Positions 1-11,600 of a stretch of 64,000 bases of DNA are shown one piece after another. A model generated the notes under the pieces. That model worked only from the letters and a program-made list of their open reading frames with translations, was not told the DNA's origin and ran no database searches. The position numbers and the translations under genes were made by a program. This DNA comes from Macrostomum lignano (taxonomy: Eukaryota): positions 186,001 through 250,000 of the forward strand of contig NIVC01000152.1 of the NCBI GenBank assembly GCA_002269645.1. The letters are read 5' to 3'. Every line of letters begins with the position of its first letter. Positions within the stretch are counted from its first letter, which is position 1.

Positions 1-760
1 GTAGAAGTCAGAAAATAGTTTTATCTTTTTCAAAGACATTTATTTGATTAAATTCTATTTTTAGAACTCAGCCTCTCGCCGGTTGTGTGACAATGTCGCT
101 TAAGGGGTATATGACTTTTTAACGGATTTTAATAATAAACTATTTCTAACAATCCAATTGATTGATTATTATGTACTAGAGCTTCAACAGCAGACAAAGT
201 TATGTAAAGTTTAGTTAGTAGCTAAAAGACCTGCAGGAGATAGGTGGGTTGTTTTTCTGCAGGCTCCAGCTTTACAACATTAGCAATGGAAACGAATTTC
301 GTCGACCAAAATAAAAAAATTGCCTTTTTGCTGGATTTCGCTTTGGCCAGCGGGAGCCTCGCATGCAGCATTTTCTTGGTAATTTGAGGCGCATTATCGG
401 CGGCTGCATTCGACTAAGGAAAGGAGGAGGCGAGGAAAAAAATAAGAAAAATTAACCTCTCCCAATGCAGCCTCCACCTGAGGTTCCCTGCAGTCTGGCG
501 CCTCAGCCAAAAGCAGCAGAGCGCTGCGGTGAATTATTTTTTTTCAATTGGCACAGCTGTTTGCTTGTCAGGCGGCGTGCGTCAAAGAGCGTTGGAGAAT
601 AATTTCTTTGAGAATAATCTGCGCCATTTGTGGATGCCGGCGTGGCGTCCGCTTATCAAGGACTGTCTGTGATGTGCTGGTTGGCTGTCATCTTCTTGAT
701 CCGACACCTTGTGCAATCTGCAACCGAAAATTCAGCCCCACCTGAAACATTCAGTGCGCC

Positions 761-1443
761 CACCCTGAGCACTCACCCTGAGCACTCACCCTGAGCACTC
801 ACCCTGAGCACTCACCCTGAACACTCACCCTGAACACTCACCCTGAACACTCACACTGAACACTCACCCTGAACACTCACCCTGAACACTCATCCTGAAC
901 ACTCACCCTGAATACTCACCCTGAACACTCATCCTGAACACTCACCCTGAACACTCACCCTGAACACTCACCCTGAACACTCACCCTGAACACTCATCCT
1001 GAACACTCATCCTGAACACTCACCCTGAACACTCACCCTGAACACTCACCCTGAACACTCACCCTGAACACTCACCCTGAACACTCACCCTGAACACTCA
1101 CCCTGAACACTCACCCTGAACACTCACCCTGAACACTCACCCTGAACACTCACCCTGAACACTCATCCTGAACACTCATCCTGAACACTCACCCTGAACA
1201 CTCACCCTGAACACTCACCCTGAACACTCACCCTGAACACTCACCCTGAACACTCACCCTGAACACTCACCCTGAACACTCATCCTGAACACTCATCCTG
1301 AACACTCACCCTGAACACTCACCCTGAACACTCACCCTGAACACTCACCCTGAACACTCATCCTGAACACTCATCCTGAACACTCACCCTGAATACTCAC
1401 CGTGAACACTCACCCTGAACACTCACACTGAACACTCCCCTGA
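761..1443. repeat. Minisatellite, 13-bp unit CACCCTGAACACT, about 52 copies
   Basis: Unit read directly; minor variants (CATCC, GAGC). Confidence 0.97.
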
Positions 1444-2189
1444 GACACCTTCCTTCGTTGGACTTAATGGGGTGAGGCAAGCATTTTCGCACATCCGCCC
1501 ACCGCAGGCCGTAGTGCTTGCCACTTTGGTTACTGTTCCAAATTATTTTTAGTTGCCATGCAAGCAACGGACTCGAACGTCACACCTCCCCGAATCAAAG
1601 AGAGTTGCCAAGGCCAGGTGCATCCGATGCCACTCTGACAGCAGTAGGCGAATAGGTGCTGGAAAAACACCTTTCAAATTCGAAAATGGGTTCGAAATCG
1701 GGGTCTGAGTATTAAGGGTTTGGCTGGACAGTCCCACGTGTTGCCTCTGATCCTCCTGTCCCCATAATTAGTGAATTAGCGAACGAATATTAGAGTGGCA
1801 CCTGTACGCTCGAGTTCGAACAAACTTCAGTCTCTATACCCGGTTCATTGCCGCCAAGATTTCATAGAGCGATAGTGCAGCGCCCAGATGCTGAGATGAC
1901 AGAAGGAAGAAAAATAATTTTAATCATCCCCGTTTTTTAGACAATAAAATTTCAATGGGGTTTCAAAATGATAGCAGCTGGTGCTGTGCTCTGCTGATTA
2001 GTAAATATAATTATATAAATATAGTATCCAGTGAGATCGCTTGTTCTATACTGAAGGATGGGCAGTATCAATATACCCCAAGGCCCTCGAGGCATGGTCT
2101 ACCTGTTGTGACCGACCTTGGCTATTGATTGTTGGTTGGCATTCAGCCTATTTAAAATTATTTTTGTCATCCATCTGTGAGACAATTAG

Positions 2190-2288
2190 GAGTTCGTCTT
2201 GTCTCCGGGGTCGTCGCTATGCCATGTTATGACTGTCTATGACGACCGTTTTGAGCAAGAATTGGACTGCGGACTTCAGACAGCGAAA
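2190..2288 (+). CDS. Candidate internal coding exon (EFVLSPGSSLCHVMTVYDDRFEQELDCGLQTAK), possibly an upstream exon of the + strand orphan gene
   Basis: AG at 2188-2189, strong donor AAA|GTAAGA at 2289, 99 nt open, phase 0-0, compatible with the phase-0 exon at 7921. The acceptor pyrimidine tract is weak. Confidence 0.35.
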
Positions 2289-2359
2289 GTAAGAAAGCAA
2301 TTTTAACCTAATTCTTGGTCACCTTTGAAGCGTCATGTTGCATCCTTGAGGGTTCATAC

Positions 2360-3110
2360 TGAGGACTCATTTTGACCCCACTGACGACTCATTTTGACCC
2401 CACTGACGATTCATTTTGACCCCCTGGGGATTCATTTTGACACCCTGAGGATTTATTTTGACTCTCCTGAGGATTCATTTTGACTCTCCTGAGGATTCAT
2501 TTTGACTCTCCTGAGGATTCATTTTGACTCTCCTGAGGATTCATTTTGACTCTCCTGAGGATTCATTTTGACTCTCCTGAGGATTCATTTTGACTCTCCT
2601 GAGGATTCATTTTGACTCTCCTGAGGATTCATTTTGACTCTCCTGAGGATTCATTTTGACTCTCCTGAGGATTCATTTTGACTCTCCTGAGGATTCATTT
2701 TGACTCTCCTGAGGATTCATTTTGACTCTCCTGAGGATTCATTTTGACTCTCCTGAGGATTCATTTTGACTCTTCTGAGGATTCATTTTGACTCTCCTGA
2801 GGATTCATTTTGACTCTCCTGAGGATTCATTTTGACTCTCCTGAGGATTCATTTTGACTCTCCTGAGGATTCATTTTGACTCTCCTGAGGATTCATTTTG
2901 ACCCCCTGAGGATTTATTTTGACCCCTGAGGATTCATTTTGACTCTCCTGAGGATTCATTTTGACTCTCCTGAGGATTCATTTTGACCCCCTGAGGATTC
3001 ATTTTGACTGTCCTGAGGATTCATTTTGACCCCCCCTCCTTGAGGATTTATTTTGACCCCCCCTCCCTGAGGATTCATTTTGACCCCCCTCCCTGAGGAT
3101 TCACTTTGAC
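2360..3110. repeat. Minisatellite, 22-bp unit GAGGATTCATTTTGACTCTCCT, about 34 copies
   Basis: Unit read directly; edges are degenerate. Confidence 0.97.
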
Positions 3111-4812
3111 TCTTTTATGCAGCTTCACTTTGACTCATTGAAGTCCTCATTTAGACGTTTGAGAATATTTTTCACCTGTACATATGACAACTCTGCAGCA
3201 CCATCTGTGCTGACTGAAACGCCGTCTCCAAAAATTCTATGAAAAACAATTTTCCCATTGCAATTTTTGTGGCTTCTCTTCTAGGCGGAAGAAAGAGAAA
3301 CATCAAAACAATTTTAAAAATCTGCCGGTGGGATAAACTGTTGACGGCGAAACTCAACACTGCCGTTTTATGGTCCTTGGCGCACCTGAGGCCAGGATAA
3401 GTGGGGAATCAAAGACTGTGGAAGACTGCGAAGATATTTTTGAAAATGGAGGGCCCGCTAGGAGAAAGATGGAGAGAAATAGTCTCACCCGAGACTCTCC
3501 CGCTTTTTTTCCTTAATCCGAGTTTAAAGTAGAGAAGCAGTTTGAGATTTAACCTGCCAACCCCCCGCTGCGCGCGGCTTTCACAATCTCCCCCTAACCC
3601 CAGCGGGGAGCTCGGGGATTTGAACTGCTCTGGGGTCTAAATGGGATAAACCAGGCATAGAAAATCCCAACCCCTGCATTAGCTATGCATGGGCAAGCTA
3701 AAGCAGAAGGCCGCTGCAAACGCGTTTGGAGCAGATTACTGCTGCAAAATGCATCAGCGAGACAGGAACATGTAGCGCTGATGTTCCCGACCGATTTTGT
3801 CTATGGCCAAACCCCATTCAGCGCTGTGCAAAAATCTGTTTTGAAAATATGACTGTATTTTGAGCGCTTTCACTCGTCAATTTTTTTCGCAATTCTCTGT
3901 TTTGGCAAAACTTGAAAGAGCACCTCACTTTATTTTGGCGATCTGTGACTGCTGCGGCCTTCTGCCTCAGCTGTCACGCCAGCACAAAGCGAAAAGCAGA
4001 TCCGTTTTGCCAGGTTAGATGAAGGAAGCAGGGAAGCCAGTTGTGGCTTGAGAATCTTCCGATTTGCCTGACGCAGGAGCCTGATTGAGTTCAGATTTCC
4101 TGTTCCTTATCCAGTGTCAAACGAGTCTGGATCCCCTCAGTTACTGAAATCAGAGCGCCGCTGTTGCAGCATCCGTTCGAGTCTCAGTTCCGCTCCTTTC
4201 TGTCTTGAGTATCCGCCTGGCAACGTCTGTTCCAATCTCTCTTTATTTCCCATTGTGCCCGTGAGAGCAACACGATAGGCGCTTCTCCCCCTAGAAGAAG
4301 AAGCTAAGGGAGAGAAGTTGAAGCTTTACTCGCCTGAGGACTTCCAATGAGTCGAATGGAGCACGCATCTTTCCAAATAAAGCTTGCTATAGGAGATGGG
4401 GCAGTGATCAACTTGATACTCATTTTTAAACTCGCCGTCTTCTGATTTATCAAATCTATAAAGGTCTCAAATTTACACTCCCTAAACTCGTCAGTTCGAC
4501 GCTGCCTGAGGGCAGTTGCCGACCCCCCCCCCTCTCTCCCAACTGTTGCGCTGGACAATGGGATGTGGCACACAAAATCACGGTCGAGGGAAGGTTGGTG
4601 CACATGTTGAATCAGAGGAATTTAACTAGCCAGTCATTTGCTGCACAGGGGGTCCGGCTTGGCATACCCAGCCAAATATTTGCCTCCTGTTGTGTCAGAC
4701 ACCATTGATCAGTTCGCATGTTGTGCTTCTGCCTGGCATGGCAACTGCACATCAACACAGTAGCCATCCTAGCAGGTGTTAAGTATCGGACTCAATGCTT
4801 TGAACATTTCTT

Positions 4813-5248
4813 ATCACTCTTTCCGTTATCTCTCATCACTCTCTTTCCGCTATCTCTCATCATTCTCTTTTCCGCTATCTCTCATCACTCTCTTTCCGCT
4901 ATCTCTCATCACTCTCTTTCCGCTATCTCTCATCATTCTCTTTCCGCTATCTCTCATCACTATCTTTCCGCTATCTCTCATCACTCTTTTCCGCTATCTC
5001 TCATCACTATCTTTCCGCTATCTCTCATCACTCTTTTCCGCTATCTCTCATCACTATCTTTCCGCTATCTCTCATCACTCTTTTCCGCTATCTCTCATCA
5101 CTATCTTTCCGCTATCTCTCATCACTCTTTTCCGCTATCTCTCATTACTCTTTTCCGCTATCTCTCATCACTCTTTTCCGCTATCTCTCATCACTCTCTT
5201 TCCACTATCTCTCATCACTCTTTCCGCTATCTCTCATCACTCTCTTTC
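4813..5248. repeat. Minisatellite, 23-24-bp unit CTCTTTTCCGCTATCTCTCATCA
   Basis: Unit read directly; explains ORFs 4718..5251 and 4776..5333. Confidence 0.95.
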
Positions 5249-6429
5249 TGATCTTTTTCGTTCCTTTTCTCGGCTTCACCAAATGGCAAAAATCAATGTT
5301 CAATTATATATCACAACAGATATTTGTAATTAACCTAAAGCAGATATGACTCAGTGGTGCTCTTAATCTCTAAGGATCTTTTAAAATGAGAGACAATACA
5401 CTGGAGCACAATGAAGTTTGCATTAATTCTTCAGAGCCCAGAACACAACCCCAGCCAGCACACTGTCGCAGCCTTCAGTTGACTATTCTTTCATCCTGTT
5501 CTCCATCAACCAGAAGCCAAGCCAAATTCGAACTGTGAATAATACAGGAGAGCCTCGTTGTTGAGTAAAAGATGGGCGGACTGTTTAGTGGAAGGGGAAT
5601 AAAAGAAATAGGGGATCTTTCAAGCGGGATCTCTGCGATGCGGAAAAGCTGGGGGTCTGGCTGTGAGGCTGGGCTCAGCTGCGCCAGGCGCTGTAGGGGG
5701 CCTCAAATAAAGGACCGGAGCGCAAAGGGAGGCTGAAGAAACGATGGGGAACAACTCGGCTCTCTCTTTATCGGCGGGTAGGGGAGGAGGAAAGCCGAGG
5801 AAAAAAAATTCAAAGATCCCGGCGGGAGAAGCTGTGTCGAGTAGATAAGCATCGGGTGGGAAATCTGTGTTAAAGAGAGAGGAGTTAAACGAATCCAGGT
5901 GTGCCATTGTCTCGCTTGACCGTTTTTTTTCCTGTAGCGGCAAGCTTTTCTGTTAAATGTCGCGAATTTTCTGAGTTCATCTCGGAGGGTGGCGGGTTTA
6001 AGGGCGGACAATCTCCTATACTAGCTTGTTGTTCAATCTAGCTATTTCTCTCTTGAGTACACGAGTCAAAAAAATTTCGAACAAGTTTAACAATATTATC
6101 GACTATGATTTCAGAAATGCAGGTGTGTTACTATACTGCAGGCAGGCAAAGCAGAGTATAACTGTTAAGCTATTACGCATCTAATTATCTTTACTTCTGG
6201 AGTTTCAGAGTTTAGCACAAACTTTAATTATTATTATGGCTAGCCAGCGAAATTTCGTTCCACTGACATTTTCAAGGGCTCGTATTCGAGTCGTATACTA
6301 AACAACTAGACACAAAAATAAGGAATGAACAGTAAATTAGTCCCGTATAGGGCGGATCAAGTCTAGTTCCCTGTACAATTCAATATAAAATCAATAGTCA
6401 ATATCGTATATAGTCTCTACATATAGAAC

Positions 6430-6611
6430 CAGGGACTACTCAAATACCGGGACGGGAAACTAGGAATTTTTTACGAGGCTGGTCTTTTATCAGCAGTAGA
6501 AAATAACCATAGACAACAAATTGTAACACAGCATCTCTCTAATGCAAATAATTGCCAGCCAGCCTCGTAAAAAACTTTAGTTTCCCGTCCCGGTGTTTGA
6601 GGTAGTCCCTG
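6430..6611. mobile_element. Non-autonomous hAT-type MITE, 182 bp
   Basis: About 53-bp imperfect TIRs (6430-6482 / 6559-6611) with CAGGG...CCCTG termini, and a perfect 8-bp TSD TATAGAAC (6422-6429 and 6612-6619). 8-bp TSDs and CAG termini are typical of hAT elements. Confidence 0.85.
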
Positions 6612-7920
6612 TATAGAACTTCTGAGTTGGTGCTCCACCCCATTCAAGTTGATAGGCTTATGCATGCAATTCGACTTACGAAGCTGATCAAATTGTTTTT
6701 GCACCCATCTATCACATTTTGACAGCTGCATTGGATTGTCGTTGCATAGCATATGCAGCAAGGACGACTAAAGCCGTCCTTGTACAGCCGTCCGTGTACA
6801 GCTACAGTGTATACAGCTATATACAGTGGTCCTTGATATGCAGCTGCAACCTTTCGGATGCGTCGTTGCGTTTCTAAGCCTGGTCCAGCCGTTCCTGGAG
6901 CCATGGCTCCAAGCCTGACGCCGCTGTTTCCTACGTTCCATCAGATTCAGCTTGCCCCAGCTCCTATAGACGTGCAACCATGCAGTCATCCAAAGCAAGC
7001 GCAGCTCGGTGAGTCTTCGGGATTTACATGTAAGTACGTGAACCGACTCCTCGGCAACTTCCTGTACAGGAGTATACATGTAGATTGGCTGAACTGCTCG
7101 CCTGCACTTTGGTTCTGACATAATTAAAAAATTTACATGTATTACGTACTTAAAAATTTTTTAATTTTTGAACACCTTTTTGTTTAAGCGCTTTTAAACA
7201 TGCAATGCTTACAATAACAAAAAGTATACATTCGCTCATTGCGCTCGCTCCTTCGTTGCATGCATTGTATGCGCGCTTAGTTAAAATATGTATATCTTCT
7301 CCGTGACGCTCTCATGGCACGTTTCAAACTTAAATTGCAAATCACGAAAAAAAATCACCGGCTTCGTGTAATTTAAAGCAATTGAGGTTTTTAAGCAGTT
7401 AAACAAACTCAGAATCTGATTGTTTTACAGAGATTTTACTCAGACTGTTATACAAAGTAATCAGTTTAAATTCAGCTTTGAAAAAACTTGCGTACAGGAA
7501 ATATAAAAAATCCCTGGTAAATTTAGTGTACATCTCGAATTCTAAATTCTAGATGATCGCACAGATTTGATAACGTAACCAATTAACATACTTAGTACGT
7601 TTAATTGATAAAACTAGGTACTCTGACGATGATGCATTAAACTAAACAATAATGCAATAAAGAATACAATAAAGCAAAAGAGTTGAGAGTTTGCTACTTG
7701 ATTAAAACTTTTTTCTTTGAAACTCTTCAAACCAAACACATCAATTGGGACTAGAGAAAAAGACATCTGCTGTTTTAAGCTATGCATATCTGTGTCACTA
7801 TCTTAGCAAATACGTCTGGTTTTTAAAATGATGTGTCAAGCAAAATTTGGCGACAGGGCACATCAAAGAAATTTAATTGAAATATGCGGCACACTTGATG
7901 CAAATTCGTTCTTTTTAAAG

Positions 7921-8652
7921 CTCGACCAAAAAACAAATGAACGCAATAGAACGGTGAGTGTTTATTCTAATATTGTTGAGATTGAGATATTATGTCAGTC
8001 TTTTTGTTAGTCTGTGCTGTCTTTTAGTTATTTAATGTAGCCCAAATATAATTCCTATATGCTATGAAGTTATTATTTTTGCTATACATTTTATTTAACA
8101 GGTAACCAGCTTATCTTAAAAAAATATATCAAATTATATTTAACAATCCAAAATTTAAAATTTAAACACAAAATTACCCATGTGGCTTAAAATTTTATTT
8201 GAGTTGATACAAAAATATCTTTAAAAAAATTACAATCTTTTATAAATTTGATTTGCTTCAAACAAAGAAGTAAAAAGCAAATCGAAATTGGTTGATTTCC
8301 ACAATCAGGATTTTTTGTCAGTAAATATAATAGTGAACGTATGAGAAATTCTAAAAATGGATTCAGTAATTCCAATATCGAAATGACCGACTTTCAGGCC
8401 AGCGACAGGCGCAGCAACCAATTCCTCACCGGCTGGGAGACCGGGGTCGACAATCAGCTGACGCCGCCAAAGGCCGCATACACGGTGAAACCGATCGCCC
8501 GGCAGCAGCAGCAGCCCAGTTTCCTTAACAAGACTGGAGGTGGCATCCGGTCGAAGCCATTTGTCTTTGTACAGTCACTCAGCTCGGAGGGTTACCTGAA
8601 GTGCTACACCAATGAGCACAGCTACCTAGCAAATCTCTACGCTAGCGGGACT

Positions 8653-8689
<37 letters not shown>

Positions 8690-11600
8690 TTCTGCTACGC
8701 CAGGCGCCCTCAATTAGCGGCTTCCCCGTCCGACTGTCCTCGCCGCCTCCGTTCTTGTCTCCTCCGCCACCACCGCAGCCGCGGCCGCAGTCTCCGCCTC
8801 CGCCGCAACAAGCAGCGGCTCGTAGCGGCAGCGCTGGCAGCGAGCGGGTGACGCGGCTGTTCCAGCAGCAGACAGCCACCTCCTCTGCGGAGCTCGAGGC
8901 CGCAGGCTCCATCGGTCAGCAAGTCGATTTGGTCACCAAGTTAGTTGGCGCTTGGATTATTTTAATTCGCTCTTTCTGTGGAAAGAAAAAATAGTGAAAT
9001 TTTAGGCAGCATCAGATTTTCCGTCTGCGTCTACGGCCGGAGATCTCGAAGATCTTTTTAAATCCTGTCCCTCTCCTAGATCCTCAGCTGCTGAGCCAGC
9101 CTCCCAGATCCTCAGCTGCTGGGCCAGCCTCCCAGATCCTCAGCTGCTGGGCCAGCCTCCCAGATCCTCAATTACTGGGCCAGCCTCCCAGATCCTCAGC
9201 TGCTGGGCCAGCCTCCCAGATCCTCAGCTGCTGGGCCAGCCTCCAAGATCCTCAGCTGCTGGGCCAGCCTTCCAGATCCTCAGCTGCTGGGCCAGCCTTC
9301 CAGATCCTCAGCTGCTGGGCCAGCCTCCCAGATCCTCAGCTGCTGGGCCACCCTCCCAGATCCTCAATTACTGGGCCAGCCTCCCAGATCCTCAGCTGCT
9401 GGGCCAGCCTTCCAGATCCTCAGCTGCTGGCCAGCCTTCCAGATCCTCAGCTGCTGGGCCAGCCTTCCAGATCCTCAGCTGCTGGGCCAGCCTTCCAGAT
9501 CCTCAGCTGCTGGGCCAGCCTTCCAGATCCTCAGCTGCTGGGCCAGCCTTCCAGATCCTCAGCTGCTGGGCCAGCCTTCCAGATCCTCAGCTGCTGGGCC
9601 AGCCTTCCAGATCCTCAGCTGCTGGGCCACCCTCCCAGATCCTCAGCTGCTGGGCCAGCCTCTCAAATCCTCAGCTGCTGGTCCAGCCTCCCAAATCCTC
9701 AGTTACTGGGTCAGCCTCCCAGATCCTTAACTGGAGCACAGCCCTAAAAAGCTCTCCAGTTTGAGATACTAGTATCAGTTGCAGGTAGATTAAGTATCTG
9801 ACATCGCTCACTAATCAAAAACTTCTATTTAAGAGTGTCTGCAGTGCCAACAAATTAACTGACTCGCCTCCCTACCCTGCAGGAAAATTGTCCCTCCTTC
9901 GTACTTCATAATCAGGTGAGCGATAGAGGCGCAACCACGACAGGTGGAAAAATGACAACGCGCTCTCTCGGTTCTTTGTTAAACAGTTTTGTACTCTCAT
10001 AAGCTGGCCTAATAAAAGGCCGGAAACCGATGCGATAGCAGCAGCTGCTTGCTTGCTCGCTCATTGCGCCCAATTATAGATATACTCGTATCAAACTTTT
10101 ATTACAGTGGGGTCCAGTTTAATTGAATGTCCACTCTTCAATGCCGCTTCTCAGCAGAACAATAGCCGTCGAAGTGAAAAATGCCCGTCTCAGCCAGCGC
10201 TTAGTGTCATAAAATGATAACACTGGCATTTGTGAAATATGAGCTTATTCGGAAAAAATAGACCAACAACTGAGCAGGGGTCAGAAAAGGTTCGGCCCGC
10301 CGTCCTTTGAAACTTCACAATAGCAATTCGGGCCGCTCAAAAGCTCTCTTCTGTCCTCTCTTCCCTCTCCTCTCTTCTCTCTTCTCTTCTCTCTTCTCTC
10401 TTCTCTCTTATTCACTTTCTTTCTCGTCTCTCCTCTCCCCTCTTTTCTCTCCCCTCCTCTCTCTCCTCTTCTCTCTTTTCTCTTTTCCCATTTCTCATCT
10501 CTTCTCAAATCCCATAGCTCATACCATCTCTCCTCTCATATTCTCTTTTTGCCTTTATTCTAACTTCTCTTATCTCTTATCTATTTTCTCTTCAGTATCT
10601 CTATTCCGTGTCTTTCCTTCGCTCATCTACCCCGCAGACATTTAGCTATAGGCTATTTATTTCCCTGGAGGTAAAACAGTTCACCGAACCTGAACTACTC
10701 GTAATAGTAAAGCTTCAACCCAAAGTTTAGCATAGGCTAGAAACACCCAGAGAGAGAGAGAGAGAGAGAGAGAGCTAACTGTAGTTTTTATATTTGAATT
10801 TTCTCTCCCTGCTTTTGATAACTTAAGCAGAGGAAACAAAAAGAAAGTTTACGCCTGCACTAACAAGCAACAAATGCACAATTTAACATGACTTTTTGCG
10901 CTTCGAATGTCAGTAACATTGACGGCTTAAGTGGCATGGGGAAACTTGACTTCGTTTCTTAGAAAATCTTTGAAGGCTTGGGTTATACTATAGAGATAGA
11001 TGCACAACAACAGCAGCAACAACAACGACAACAATAACAACAACAACAACAACAATAACAACAACAACAACAACAATAACAACAACAATAACAATAACAA
11101 CAACAACAATAACAACAACAACGACAACAATAACAACAAAAACAACAACAACAACAATAACAACAAAAGCAACATCAACAACATCAACAACGGCCCGGAT
11201 GGACCAGGCTGGACGGCTGAAGCAGCTAAGCTGGAGATCAGGACCCACCTGCAGAGACGCAGCGGCTGGAGGCACACCAGGTCGGAGGCGACGTACGGCG
11301 CCGGCGGCCCCAAATGGCGCACCGAAGCCAGATGGCCGGTGGCGGAGAGGGCCGAATACGTGCGCTTCCGCGTTGGCCACAACACCAAGCTAGCGGCGTA
11401 CGCAAACCGCATCGGCCTTGCTACATCGGCGACCTGCCAGCACTGCGAACTTGGCGAACAAACGAACGTGCACGTGGCCACAGAATGCCCTGCCCTGGAC
11501 CGTGTACGACGACAGCTCGGCGTGACCAGCCTGAGCGACCTCTGCCGCGAGCCGGAGGCCGGTCGCCGGCTGTGGAATGCGTTTCTGCAACTTTAGAGAA

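Noticed and set aside
98-120. TTAA-GGGG and TTAA-AGG starts (also at 16769) resembling Kolobok/piggyBac termini
   Set aside because: No matching opposite terminus found in the window.
540-1520. Possible - strand exon pair (NQSGKHYGLRW…SNEGR|LHKVSDQEDD…FSNAL*)
   Set aside because: Phase-compatible but with weak splice sites, no recognisable domain and no supporting upstream exon; it may be chance.
4304-6011. ORFs 4304..4603, 5620..5943 and 5703..6011
   Set aside because: No motifs and no consistent splice chain; lengths are within chance expectation.
6858-7118. ORF with strong donors at 7009 and 7030
   Set aside because: May be another exon of the + strand gene, but I could not place it in phase with the exon chain.
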